In this document: one piece after another, positions 26,701 to 41,700 of the stretch | Layout: each line of letters starts with the position of its first letter | Position numbering within the stretch: the first letter of the stretch is position 1 | NCBI RefSeq assembly: GCF_964204645.1 | Contig: NC_134033.1 | Location: 14,330,655 to 14,394,654 of the forward strand | DNA: 64,000 nt | Reading direction: 5' to 3' | From: Tubulanus polymorphus | Taxonomy: Eukaryota; Animalia; Nemertea | Made by a program: the position numbers and the translations under genes | Notes under the pieces: generated by a model | Told to the model about the DNA's origin: nothing | Seen by the model: the letters and a program-made list of their open reading frames with translations, nothing else | Databases searched by the model: none

Positions 26701-29700
26701 CGACTACAGACGTTCTAACGCTGCACATCACTAACCTTATAGCTACCGATAGTGGTAACTACACGTGCGTCGGTACGAATATCGCTGGCCAAATGAAAAT
26801 GACCAGAGCTCTGCATATTTCATGTAAGTTGACAATAGCTCGACGATTACTGTCTATTCGAAATACCTTTCACAAGCTAAAATTTATTTTATAGATAGAC
26901 CCAAATTCACGTACATGGCCCAGCAAACGTTCTACATCAAAATGGCGGCCGGAGCCATAGGAATGATAAACTGTACGGCTACCGGGTTTCCAACACCCAC
27001 GTATAAATTCTACCGAGCTGGCGAGGCTCTCAACTACAACTCGACTTACAGCTTCAGAGCAGTCGACCAATCGGCTGTTCTTACGGTATGTTGCAACCCA
27101 TCGCGTCGTCATTCCATTATTTGATTCAGGGGCGGCGCAGGAAAACCCTTTTAGCCTAACCGTGGTTAATGGCTTATCCGTTGTTTGGCTGACCAGCTTA
27201 AAATAAGAAGCCACATACGAAGACAATGGTTAGATACCGGTATTTTCCTGCGCCCATTTATGCCTTACCACAGTTTACTAACAACGGTTAGTACTAACAC
27301 AGTTTACAAAATGTCACTACCGCGTATAGGTTCATCTTCGCTCCGCTGAGGATAAATGGATTCTTGGTGCGTACAGATGCCAGGCCGCCAACGCGCACGG
27401 GAGCGATTACATCGATTTACGACTCATCGTCGGAAGTAAGTCACACAACCCCCTAAACTACTCTTCTACCATCTCGAAATCCAAATATTCAAGCCGGAAA
27501 TAAATGTTATTTTGTGATTTTGATGATGACTCGTTCTCGTGAAGGTATTCCATCCGCCGCTGGTTCTGCGATGATAACAGCTGCCTCGGCTAGATGGGTG
27601 AAGATCGCAGTCGTTGGACCCACCACACAAAAACAAGGAGAAGTGGCCGGTTATACCGTGTTTTGGATGAAGAAAATCAAAGCGATCAAAGCTGGAATCG
27701 GTAGGTGACTTGTACATCATTCGACAAATTCTAACTTTAAATCAAGGGTTGATCATTGTCATTCGATCTCAGACGAATCAATGTCTTAAAAATGACGTAT
27801 TTAAGAGCACATGCCAGACTTACCTTCTCACTGACCTCGACATAAGTACGATCGACATTCGCATTACAAGCATCTTCTTATAAGAGATAATGAAATCTTA
27901 GAAATTAGAATTAAATCCTTTCTAATTTAGATATGAACATGGTCGCGCAAAACTCTAAATTGATAGCTAATCTACCAATAGACGGCAGCAAGACTTTCCC
28001 TGTCATAGGTAAGGGACGCAATTCAATTTCAAGAAAGGCTCTTTAACTGATTGAACGTTATCGTAAAACTTTTACTTTTTTCAGGCGTGAGAAAGGAAAA
28101 ACAAGACTCCCCGAGCGATGTGCCTGTCCCATATTGGGAATACGGTAAAGTCCGAAACATTAAAAAGCCTCTTGACATTTTTTTATTTGCTTCATTAGCA
28201 TTTTCTCTGTCATTTGTAGGCGGAACTTTCAAGGTCGACGATCTTGAACCGGAAACCGACTACTATATTCTAGTGAGCGCTACGAATCCTGTCGGCATAA
28301 GCAATCCCGTCTTCACGACGACTAAAACGGCAGCACGTACGTATCAAAATGCATCATGGTTCGGATTAATCTGAAAAACTTAACAACTGATCACGCACGT
28401 AAATCTAATCTTTTGTACCCCTCCCTAAAGACTTAATTCTGCATATCACATATCGGGTTGATCCAGGCAATCAAAATCATTATATCCTAGCCAACCCCAG
28501 ACATGTTTTTAATGTCAAACATATTTCAAAATGATATTCAGATCAGATATGCATTTAAGAAAGGGTACGGATATGCAAAAGCTCCCACTCAACTACAATT
28601 AGTGATCACGATCACAAAAACGGTGATAATCTTCGAAAAATAAGCTTTCGATCTCACGAACAACATTTTCGTGGAGCGTACGTATGAAACTATCACAATG
28701 CTGTTCGGAAGTTGTTCGTCAGAATGAACTGGAAGCTCTTCTTGTTGGACGCTTTCAATATTAAGATGTATTAATTATCATTTTAATTGATTTCTCATGC
28801 TACAGATGGAGCTGGTGTAATAGTCACTGGAGCTGGAGGTACACGATAATTTATAGTGTGCTTTTAACATACATATCATTAACTGCTTTAGCATTATTAT
28901 CTATATCATTTAGAATATTCAGTTTATTAGTTGCGGACAATATTAATCAATTTCATCGCGACTTCATATGCATTATCATTCTATATAGCCGCAGCGATAG
29001 CTTCTTTGACAAAGCAAAATGAACTAAGCGAAACATGCATTCCCTTTCAAATTTACGAATCAGTGTCAGCGTTACTGCAGCAAAACGCAGCACTTCGTTT
29101 CTCTAAAAATGTCTGATGTTACCGCAGTGTCTAGTGTGCCGGATGGCTGGGTACACTGGATTCGACGAGAGTTGTAGAGGACTGTAGATACAGCCACTTC
29201 CAGAGACGGATGAACACTTCGTGTGTTTAGATCACCATTGCTTTTCGTGTTTGTACGTTCGCTTGCATACATCTTTTTGCGATTGCATCTTAACAGCGCA
29301 TCTTATGCGGCCCGCTTTAAAAGTGCTAAATATATGCGACTTGCGATTTACCATATGCGATATTATTTAACACATCATGATGTATGCTATACGAATCAGG
29401 AAGAATTAATTTGCTATCATAACCGCTATATTTTTTATTTTCGTTTACGGTCTTTTAACAGTGAAGTTCTCATTTTCGGTATTTGAAGGAATGAAGAAAA
29501 CCCTGCTGAGAAATTTTAGTTGCTTATTTTTGTAGATGACGGGGATGTTCTAGTAGGCGGTGCTACTAGTAACGTGGGTGGTCATGGCTCTGTTAGTGGC
29601 GGTGCCGCAGTGTACTCAGGCTCTGGGGGAAACTGGGCCCCAGGTTCAGGAGCAGCAGGTTTTTCGTTTATCTTGCCACAATCACATTACTATTGTTTGT

Positions 29701-32700
29701 CTTGGTTGCGTAATGCTAGAAGTAGATTACAGTCGTCCCAGCTTTCCAGGGTTTGATTGAGTTTTACCGGAGCTTACACCAACACATTCCGTTATCGTTT
29801 TGGTGTGAACTTTGTGGCGGAGGCAATCAAACCTGGCGTAGTTGGTTAACCAAGACCTCTTACTGAACTAACTCATGTTTGGATTTCTAGCTCATATAAT
29901 TTCCAACGTTAGGTATGAAGTTCCTGACTTCAGGTTTCGGTGATTGGTGGTGTCTTATTTTCAATTTCCTTTTTTTAAATCCCAAATAACAAAATGTAAC
30001 GGCTGCAATTAGTGCCTGGGTGCTGTTTTTTTGCTGTTTGGTTTTGCGCTATGCTACAGCTGAGCTGCGATTTGATCGCTTTTTCAAACGTCAAAAAAGA
30101 GCTGGCGATTCACATATAAAGAAATCAGTACATGTAGTTATCATTCTGCCGCCAACTGGTTCCTCGTTCGTTGATACATTCTCATCGATCTTGCGATCGT
30201 CCGGTCTCCGCGTGTGTCTAGACCTATACACCGATTGTTTGAAGGGGTACCCGTTCCATGTGGCAGACTCGTATCTGCATTCGTACGGGCGTGGTGATGA
30301 TAAGCGAACATATTCCCGTAACTACTGAAACTGTTTATTTACTATTTCTTGTATTACAGTTGGAGGTGGTGTTGGAGCTGGTGGAGACGGGGCTGGTGCT
30401 GGAGGAGCCGGGGCCGGTGGAGTTGGACTGGTAACCGCCGGATCTGGAGGAGTAGGCGCGTGGTTCTGGTTTTGGGTTTTCTTCATTATTCTGCTGATAT
30501 TCCTCATTTTTGTCGGTATTATCTTGTGTTTGTGGTGTTGCGGTTTCCTAGGAGCTGCCCCGTTGATTTGCAGTCCATGCTGTCTAGCTATGTGTCCTTG
30601 TTGCGTCGATTTATGCGATGCCATGTGCCCTTGTTGCCCGTTGTCAGCTTGTTGTGTATGCTGCGGACGAACGGCGAGTGGAGCCCAGTATTCTGAGGTA
30701 GCTGGGAAGTAAGTATCTCGCTATGAATCAATGAACAAGCAAGACCGAATTTCTCATAATATCTATCTCTCTTTCTAAATCAGGAAACGTGGCGTGTGCA
30801 TCTGCTGTCCGACGGCGGATATGGTGGCGGCCTCGTCCGAAAAAGAAAAGGCCAAACTACTTAACTTACAATCTAATGTATCGAAATCCAAAAAGAACAA
30901 ATCAGGTGAGTAACGACTAGTTGCTATAACGAGCATTTTGGTTGAAATACACGAGTAAGGTTGGTGAGAGTAAATGGTGGACAATAGATATGCTAGTAAT
31001 GTAATTTCAATATTTTAACACACCAAAAAACTTAAAACCAACCGACTACATGGATTTGGGCCTGTAGACACATACACGACGGTGTCCGTCAAAACCACGA
31101 CCCAGTTCCACAGTTGGGGGTTAACGGCAGTTAGCTGTCAAAGTTAACTGCAAAATATTTTGCTCCAGAGTCAAAATCTTTCTAAAAAACTGCAGAACTG
31201 GCTTCGTAGTCTCCATTTTTACAAATCAAACCTAATGATACTGAGTACCATTCGTAGGTTTGACGCGACGACGTTCGAATGCCTTGCTAGCCGCACGTAA
31301 GTGCAGATATTCTATCAAGACTATCTAGACGTTTCCGCCTAGATCTATCGCTCCTTATGTCCTCAGTGGTGCCCTGGCTATCCTTTCAAATTGCCTTCCA
31401 GTACTATGTTTGTGTTTGTTCTTCTATCGTAAGGTTTCATCCTAAAAGACCACAGACAGTTAGAACAAAACAACAGCGGGATACGCGAACACTACGGCTA
31501 CGCTCAGGAAGACGGTATCGCTAGAGCCGAGAGCGTGGCCGTACAAGGTACCACTAACGCCCGCTACTCGCACAAACCAGCGCGCGGAGAATTCATATCC
31601 GACGACGAGGTGGCGCTGTTGAACACCCGAATGGACAACGCCACCTACAGGAAGACGGTAGACAGACAACACAGCGGGGAACGGCGTCATAAGAACATCA
31701 TCGAGAACCACACGACCAGAACGGACGTCCATCACCAGGACACGGTGCTTAGAGATGTCGTACATAAAGACGTCGTACACCACCATCACCACGGGCCTCA
31801 GGTTATCGATCGTCATAGGTATATATCTATTCAGTAAAGTTTGAATGCACTCCTTTGTTTTACCTCAACCCTACACATCTCGCTAAATGAACCAGTCATT
31901 TCTACCTGGGGAGATGTGATACTAGAGCTGCTGCTAAGCACTTGGCAGTCATCTATCATGGAGAGAGCTAGTATCTTGGCTGAAGACGCCACGGTTATGT
32001 AAGGGATTTGAACCCACGACTTTACATCCCAGAGTCGAACGTCCTAACCATTCGCCCACGCCACTCTTCGCCTTCCTATCATTATACTCTAGACATAATG
32101 CATCTAAGTTACATCCACGCGAAAATTAAGCCGCGTTCCTATATTTCACAGGTCACAACGTGAAGAAATCTTCATCGAACACGACGATGCCCCGGTAAAA
32201 CAGGAACACGATTACCGAACCGTCGAGAAACACTACTACGTCGACCACGGCGCTCCGGCTGAAACGGCCAGTGAGGATGTGATCGGTATCGTTCGCAAAG
32301 GACGTTCAATGGACCTTCTAGATGCTGGGGTACGTTACTTTTTACGATTATAGATTACCTTCGAAACGGAACCTAGTTCCGCAAAAAGGAATTAACTCTT
32401 CAACTGTTCATGGCTTCTGTTCATGGAGTTAATTCTTTTCGTGAAACAAATCCTGACAATCAAACATTATATCTAAACAATTAACATCAGGCGTCGGCTT
32501 TGAAATTAGTTTGAATACGGTGAATATTTCGAGATATTCTTCAACCTAAAAGATGCGATCACTGCGATCCATTCAGTTCCATATCGCGCTCGTACGGACG
32601 GTTAAGATTTGCATCTAGAGCTCTGAATCGTTTATGATATTTGATGGAACTGGCCGGATAGCGACCATCTTTATCGCGGCTATCTTAACGAACATTATAA

Positions 32701-35700
32701 ACGCTTAGGACGTTTTGATAACGTTTTCGATTTTTCCGGGGTTGTGATTTGTTGCAGGAAGGTCAGGTTCACCGTGGAACAATGGTGTTCACTGATTCCC
32801 CGATTGTGGACAGAAAGCGTCGATCTAGCGTTGAGATCATAACAGAATACAAAGCCGGGGAATCTCACGTAAGACATTATCGAAAAATTAAAAAAAAAGT
32901 TAGAAAGGGTCGATATTCCAAGCTGCAGTCTCTGTCTTACGAACTCAAATGCTATGGAATTCACGTATTTATATTATTTTACGTCCAGCCTCATTCTATA
33001 TCTTAAGATAAACATTCTACGCTCAGTTGCACGATCGTGTGCTGGAACGAATTTGATTTACCGTACCTAACGTAGTTAAACATATACAAACCAAAAATGG
33101 AATCGGTCTTGAACAACGTTATGAACCTTTTAGCTACATAAACTTTTCATGAATAGATCTTGGATAAATAGGACATAAATAGAAAATAGAAAATTAATAG
33201 AAAATTAAGTTCCTGTTATACAAAAACATATTTTTGGGCCAGCTTGGATAATAGACCCCGCATGTTCGCTTCATCACAACGTATATAATACGCTGCTTTA
33301 TTCACACTAATTACGTCATCAACGCTACCGCGCACACACAGACGCATTCACATTTCCAAAGCTTCATTTGACAGGTTTTTTCTTTATAGATTAAAATGCT
33401 CTACCTGTCCGTGGCCCGCCATATGTTTTTCTAGTTAACCTGTCGTCAATGAGAAGTAGTGTAATAAAAATCATCGTCACGTTCATCACCACTTCATCGC
33501 TTCGTCCAAACGAGCATGCTTCATCACATTTTGTGTCGGCGCATTTTGTTTACAACGTTCGAACCCTTTTCTGATTGTTTAGGCTGACAAACGCGATGCT
33601 AAAATACAGATTTACGCCCTGGACACGGATACCTCTGATTCGGGAGAATTCGGAACCCCGACAGTCGTTCGCGAGGTTCGTACGGTTCGCCGCCATCGAG
33701 GACATCGACGCAGGTAAAGACGCTTCACATGTCGTGTTGAATGTATACATGTATTGCGTATTACTATGATATGATATTCTATTATAGTGAAGTAGATTTT
33801 TACATGTACTTTAATCTGACACGTTTATCTTTAAAAAAAAAGTTCCCTCAATATAACTCTTAATGTTACATGTACTTGATGATTGTACCGGGGGAATATG
33901 CAAATGATGCAGTAAAACAAGCCGCGGCCAGAAAACCACCCCTTTCAGACATGCATAGTTTAGAGGATCCTTTCTGGAATTCAGGCATTTATTGTAAATT
34001 CATTAGTTCACATTCAATCGAAAATGCACGCCAATCAGAAATTTGAAGGAGTGTCCGAGGGGATGGTGCATGCTGCAGATTGATACCTGCATTGAATTCA
34101 CCATAGTGGTGGGATTAAATCTGGAACCTTTAGTGTCTAATAGTTTCATGACTATCCGTTTATTTAGTTTTATTTAAACCTAGTGATATATATCCTTTCT
34201 TTCCTGTTACAGCGCCTCTGCTGAGGACCTACTGTAAATATTTACGACAGTTTAACATTTATATCATTTTTATCTATAACCTGCACTTATTTAATAAGCT
34301 ATTGTACTCCTCTTTCGTTAATGAACTCTCAACTGAATACACTGATTTGATGTTATTCATATGCAAGCACATATTGACCTGATTGGCTGATAGATATCAC
34401 TGACGCCATCACTCTTGCGCGCTCCTAAAAGTGGCAAATCTGGTTGTATTCGGTACACGTTCTGCGAAAGGAGGGTAAACCAAGTTGACACAATACGCTT
34501 TAGACCCGTCATCGGCTTGGCATACTCAAAGTTTAGAGAAAGTTTCAACGCTGAATTCGTCTTTTTTCTGACAACCAGAAAATTCGTCGTATTTATTTTC
34601 CAGCTTAAGCGTCTAAAATGTATAAGACAACATATAAAATGCTTCGATCATCACAGTTTAGCCTTTCACAGTAATCATTGTCACATCAATAAACATATTC
34701 TCTTGTAGCACTGACTCTACTACTTCCTCCAATACATTATCATATATTCTGTATATACCTCTGCTTTTTCAATAATGAAAAACATCTAAGATAGGTAAAC
34801 TCGTCCACTATTTTAGAGATCAAGGCTTATAATATTAAGGGGTTTAAACAAAGTGGTAATGCTATATTCAGACTATATAAATGCAGAATTTGCTAATATA
34901 TATACATAGGGGTAAAATCATGTCGTTGTAATATTTTTCGTACACGTCTTGAATTTGATTCAATTCCAACCTTTCTTTTCATTTAGAAGCGCGTCAATCC
35001 CGAGAAACGCTAAACTACGCGCTGTCTACGATATGGGAGATCCTACCGCTACTGACGGTATAATAGAATACGCTACCGTTCACAAGAAACACGTCAGAAG
35101 AAGCCCATCTCCGGATATACTGTTTGTTGTAAGTAATACCGACTTCATTCAATCATCACTGCAGAAGAAGTATAGATTACCATGCGGACTCATTCACCCA
35201 AGGAGCTTAAGCTCATCATCACCAATAAGATCAGTTAACCCATAATCACTCTTCTGTTTTCACAAGAAGATCTTACTCTTCTTAAACCAATTCAATTTCT
35301 CAAATCGATTTATGATGTTATCCCTTCTGTGAAACACGAGCCGTGAACACGACTCCTCTTCAAACCCTTTCATCATCAATAGATAATTGATCTGATCGAT
35401 CGTATTTTTAGGAGGAAGGTGAACCGGCAGTGAGGACCAGCCGTCAGCGATCAGCCTCGCCCAGTGAAGGACAGAAAGTCGAAACTGTAGTGGTAAAACG
35501 ATCGGGAAAACGTTCGAAGAGTCGCGAGATTCTGGATGATTCGGTGTTCGCCCCGGTTCATCAGATCGACGCGAACGCTACGGCAACTCGAGTCGTACAT
35601 CGTTCCTCGTCGCGACCTCGTACACCGACCACCAGCTACCCCTCCTCGCATTATAAAGCCTACGAAATCGACATCGACCAGGAGCCTGCGAGATACGTCA

Positions 35701-38700
35701 TCGACGATCGTAAAGCGAGGACACTTAGTTTGGGTACGTGATGTAATCCATCATTTCTTACCAGGGCAAATTTTGTTATCGTAGTTAATCAACTATCTGT
35801 GAACTAAGTGAAACCGAATGTCAGCTAGTCAGAACAATAATCTGGAAAATAGCGTACTTTACGGTTGAGCACAGTCGCTAGTTCCAAAATACCTGATCTG
35901 AAATGCGTTAGATCAATTATAAGCTCTGAGCACTAAGCCGTGGACTAACTACGAAAACAGAAGTTCGCCATTCTCCCATACCCTAGCCTTAGTATGCCAG
36001 ATACACCGTTCTGTAGACACAGGCTAAGTACATAATGGTCAACCATGGAAAGGTTTCGTACCATGACCGATGTTAACGATGCCACCACGTTTGAATCTAT
36101 GACGAGGGAGGATAATCCTTGTATCCAGCACAAAACTTGGTCTGCATGGAAAGGTCTTGTATTTGTTTCGATTGCTTAAGTTAATTAAGTTACATGGAGC
36201 TATATATTTTGTATCGTCGGCCAATCCTTTCATTTCAATTGCCAAATCAGGTTGTCACGTTGCTCGTTCCTTTTTCGTAGGACGTGGTTTGGACCCGCCA
36301 GCGGCCGAGAAAACCTACCGCACGACATTAAGAACACAACTGAGCAATGCGGACAAGTCGCCGACTCGTAAATACGTGTCGTCCGAACAGCTTCACATCA
36401 GCCGAAATCTGGAACCGATCGAGATCACCGACGATCCGAATACAGATCGCGTTGTACACGAGATCTGGCATGACAAAAAACCGCGTCACCATCGCAGCCA
36501 AACGAGACTGATCGAGACAACGACGACCGAAAGAGGGCGCAGCAGAACCCCGAGTAGCCAGCGAGAGGAAATAACCTACGTCACTAGTCCACGTGTCAAG
36601 GTAACTAAAAGGCTTTCCAAATAAATGAAAGATAAGATCCCCAAAACCAAAGAAAAATGAGTCCGAAAAGTTTCTTAACCAGCAGTTCAATTGATGGTTC
36701 AGCGATTGATATCGCAATATTCTTCAGTATTACTTAAGATGGCTAATAGGATATAGTCGACATGTCGAATAGAATTTTAGATGACACATGTTTTGAAACC
36801 TGGAACTATTTATTGTGGAATATGTTCTTATGTAATACTTACAACACGGGCACAGTGTTTATGATCGAGGTTATTTTCCAAAAAATTCCAAAACTACTTT
36901 TAAAACCATTCTAATGGAATAGAAGAGGGTATTCATGAGTGTTTTTACTAAATTCTAGGAAATTCGCCGAGAAGAGAAGCCAGTATATCTGGTGGCCGAT
37001 TCGAGACAAAGCGAGGTTGTGGTCGATGCACCGATGTACGTTGTGTCCGATACGTCAACCAGACAGGAGATCGCACGACCATCGACTCCAACCACAACCA
37101 ATCGACCGCTTTATGTCGTAGAATCTAGACAGGTACGTTCCGAAGAAACGTGATATCATGCTGTCCGTCAGAACCTTTTAGTCTATGCTTCATGAAAACT
37201 TACCGAGCCACATAAGAACTAGAATTAGTTATTTCTCAGTCGCTCAAAATAGGATTACCCAACCATTTTAGCCTTCTGGACAATTAGCGGTAAAAAGTTG
37301 GGTGTTAAGAAGCTAAAGCAACGTAAACTAACTTTCTTACCTGCCAGCTTACTGTAAAGGACGATGCAAAAAAATCTTGTAACGAATATGTAAGTAGCCT
37401 CAGCGAGGATCGAACTCGGATCTCTTACGCCGAATGCAAGCGAGCTAACCATTAGACCAATAGTATTAGTATACATGTGCAGTGTGGTTGTACTGCTTAG
37501 GTCATAGTAATTCATGGAATCATGCCTAGCTACCTTTTCTAACCGCATGATGTTATTATCAACGTCATCGCTTTGAAATCTCTATGGCTATGTTTATCGC
37601 TCGTAACAGGACGAACGATCAAGAACAGCGACACCGACAGTCGTACGAGAGAGGGAGGTTCGAAGCCATACGATCGAACCGGCTCCGAAGATGGTAGAAC
37701 GACGTACGACGACTACGAGCACGTCGACAGATCGTCGTTCAGTTGAGGTGGACCATCGAGATCAACAGATGAGGGTACATCGACGTTTTCACTTAAGATA
37801 AATTGACGAGTTGTTCAACTTTAGTCACGCTTTTTTTCTGCGTCGACGTCGAAGAAGAAATGCGTGGCGTAATGTCTCTAGTTACTTACTAAAAACTGAT
37901 GGATAGACCAGAGAGGTGCACGCCTCTTTGGCACCTCCCTGTAGAGACACAGATTATTTTCTTCGTTTGGTTACCTCAATTAAATTTTCAAGGAATTGCG
38001 TATGATTTATATCTTAATTCGTTCAAAGCTTTCAAATTGTTTCTCCTTTCTATTCAAGCTTACTATCAGTATACCGGCAATTCGTGTAAAAAGTCTTTTA
38101 TCTCTTGTCGGGTCATTTTTCCACGATCGACTATCGGTTAAGGTTGGCCTTTTATTGCGCATCATACGCTTCCTCGGGATAAGTTTAAATACCTGCAGCA
38201 CGTTGTTGTTTTAGTCGCATGCCAGGGACCACCGCTATCGGTCTAATCAGTCTGGAAGCGTTCCAATTTTGTACGTGTCGTCTGTTGATGGTGACGACGT
38301 CAGAGATTATGACGACGACGATGACGATATACCGTCTAGCAGCGCCGCCGATGTACGTACAACACAAAATACGTAGATTAGTGATATGCTTAGTGCCGAT
38401 GATTACCCGCGGACCAGCGATATATGAAAGGCTGGTTTCCAACACGTTTTCCAACTGATGCCCGCTACTACTGCATCGCGTATCACAGTTATTTACGCCA
38501 TCAGCTTCAAGCGCCAAACGTATCTTCCAAAGCTACCTTATGCTATCCCAGCATTAGACCCGATATGCTTTTCGGTGTAGGCCTTTGCGGGTGAATATAC
38601 TATACTGTTAATGGGTTTACCACATCAAAACCACGAGCTCGAGTTTACAGGATGCTGACAAATTATGTATCAGGATTAGAATGATGTTGCTTCTATGCCT

Positions 38701-41700
38701 ATTATAGTTGTGGGATGCTTGCTGCTCTTTTTCTCAGCTTCAGCATAAGCTAAAATCTTGAATTAAACTGTACAAAAGCCGTAAATGCCATGGAAAACGA
38801 ATGCCGCATTCAGGGAAGTCGTTAAGGAAGCATAAGTTGCCTATAATGTGTTTGTTAAAATGGCACTTCTTAGTTGTTTTGTTGTAATTTGTCACGCAGT
38901 TGTGAATGATTGTCGCTATGCTTATTTGCTTTATTTTTCATAGTGGCCTTCTGAGAAGCAATTAGTGAAGCCCGTCCCAGTGTACCCCGGGGTAGGTTTA
39001 GCAGGCTCCTTCATAAAACGTCTCTATAACTTTCTAAAATCAAAATATAACATTATCACACCATTTCAATCCCTCGTGATTAGGTCAACGTATATTTTGA
39101 TAAAGCGAACGCAAGATGACAAAATACGTTACGTATATCGAGCTTTTAAGGCTCCACACATTTACAGGCCTTCACATACACATGTCATTCCACGATACCC
39201 CGAAATTCCCCAGGTCAGTGACCCGACGCACCACCATTACTGCTTAGCTGCTCACAAGCTTGTCGTAGCTACCTTTAAACTACTATCTCTAACAAATAGA
39301 AAAATAACTCAGAAATCGGTTTCCAAGTTATAAAACACGGTATAACTGTGAAACCGGTTACTGAATCTTAGTTAACACAAACAAACGTAACGTAATGTAG
39401 TAATGATTTTCCAATCGACCATCCTGAAACTATCAAAAAATACTTCAATTAATTTCTCATACATGTTTGGATTGAGATGTAATTTTACCATTTGTGCTCT
39501 CCTCAAATCGAACTCAACTATCGGTGAAATAACAAATGAAGTGATTTTCCTAATTGATTCAATTAACATCGCGTGTGATTGTTATTTTCTATTGTGTAGT
39601 CTACTTCTCGACATGTACAAGATAACCAACTGAAACTGCCCAAAGATAACCGCACGTCGTTGTACGTCTCAAGTGAGAGTCTGGATAAACTAACCCGTCA
39701 ATCGCCCATACCAAAAATTATAGTGCGTACCACATTCTCATACTTATTAGGGGCCATATTTCAAGTTATTTGGTAACGTTGGTTTGGACGCTTACTGTCA
39801 AAGAGAACTGTTAATATGATTCCATTCCATAATATTTTCTCTGATCACTAATACCAATAACTTTTGATGTGGCCTCAAAGACTACTTGATAGTTTCTAAT
39901 TTCTAATTGCGTAATTGATAACTTAGTTTAACGGTAATACCATCATCAAACTTATCTAGTTTTCTACTTCGCATGTCTATATACATGTATGTGTACAATG
40001 TTCAGAATATTTGATGTCATATTCTTAACCAAATTATTTAGACTCCACAAGACAACAGAACGCAGCGCTATTATTCAGAAGATTCACAACATAGCTCTAT
40101 GCCCGACCAACGTCAATCGACGGCTTACGTCGAGTCTCGCGAAGAGCGTCGATACGTTCAGGCGCCACCGTCGGGAGCTGCTACCGAGCAAAGGGTTGGG
40201 GAAATGTTCAACAGAGCTAGACAAGAGGAGCAACGACGTAAACCTGAAGATTATCAAACTGACGCAACGCAGACCTACGTAAGTAGCCTATAGTGATATC
40301 AGAAAGCATGTATTGAATGTAGCATGGTATCTAGATTTTCCAAACTAACAAGTAAATGAACGTGTAGATGCTTGCATGCAGCAATACCAAAAATTGGAGC
40401 TAATAAAAGCGACAGAGATGACGTTTTTTAAATTTAACATGGTAGCATTGCATCGAAAGCACTCCATTTATGATCAGACGCGTGTACCATCTCGGTAGTC
40501 ACCCTATCGACGTGCACCAACTCCATTCACAATGCTGCTTCAAATTAACTATCCATAGCATGTGTTTATAGTATCTGTCTCTCTACGTATTTAGCGGAAT
40601 ACTAAACGTGCTCCTATAGCCGACATTGAGGACGAATACGCCGATGAAGATTTCTTAGGTTATAATGAAAAGGTAAGATTATCATCGGCGGCGAGAAGAA
40701 ATCCCTTCTAACCTGATATCTTACACGATACTATTGCCAGAAATGTAGGATAGATCTATGAGTACATTGTCTCTGAAAATCTTTTTAATCTGAAATGAAC
40801 ATTCATAAAACTTCTCCTAAACTAGGTAAACAGCTAAAAAATAATGACGACAATTATTTACCACGCGTTTGCCTCATTAGTAAGATAACACGGTTTTTCT
40901 CACTACTAATAGTGCTTACGTTCTGTTAATTTGTTTTCTTCCTATTCTTTCTAACACGATTAACAATAATTTACTTTTTCTATTCTATCGTATATAGCCA
41001 CCTGCCACATACTTACGAAAACGTAAAAAAACTGTTAAGGTATACATGCATGCAAATAAATGTGGCCACATTAATGATAATGCAACAGAATAAATGTGGA
41101 TTTACTATTAAAAACTAATTTGTAGAACGCGTTATATGTAGGTGTAATCTTTTCGTTCTCAGATGTACGAACCACTTACTAACGGAAATTCTCCCCATTC
41201 CCAAGGACGAGTAAATGATCCGCCATCTTCTAAGCAAAAATCCCAGTATAATTCCGAATACCAAAGGGTAGGTTATTGTAACGATTGGATTATCAATTAA
41301 CGATTAGGTTAGATGTCAAACACTATAAAGGTTATCCACAAGAATATCAGGTACAATCGATAGTCCGGAGATCTAGTTTCCATCATCAATCATCATCCTG
41401 TTTTGGCCGTCCTACAAACAATATTTCATTCTCAGGTCTTCAAATATTGATTCGAAGATTATCAAACTTATGTTAAATGTTTGCTTAGTTGAAATGCCCT
41501 ACAGAAGTGCATCTATTCCTAGAATCCCCAGGAACATACTTATTGCTAAAATCAATTCATGAAATTCAATTGGCGTCTTGGCTATTCTAATCTTAGAGGC
41601 CTGTTGTATCGATAAAATAGACCTGCCAAAATTAAATACTTCCTTGTGCAGTCGACCCTAAAATAGGAATTGATACCTAACTCAATGCTGGGCTAGCAAT

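Noticed and set aside
30322-30696. Pro-rich minus ORF and Trp/Arg-rich plus ORF
   Set aside because: Alternative frames of the Gly-rich/TM exon. Splice phase supports the Gly-TM-Cys frame.
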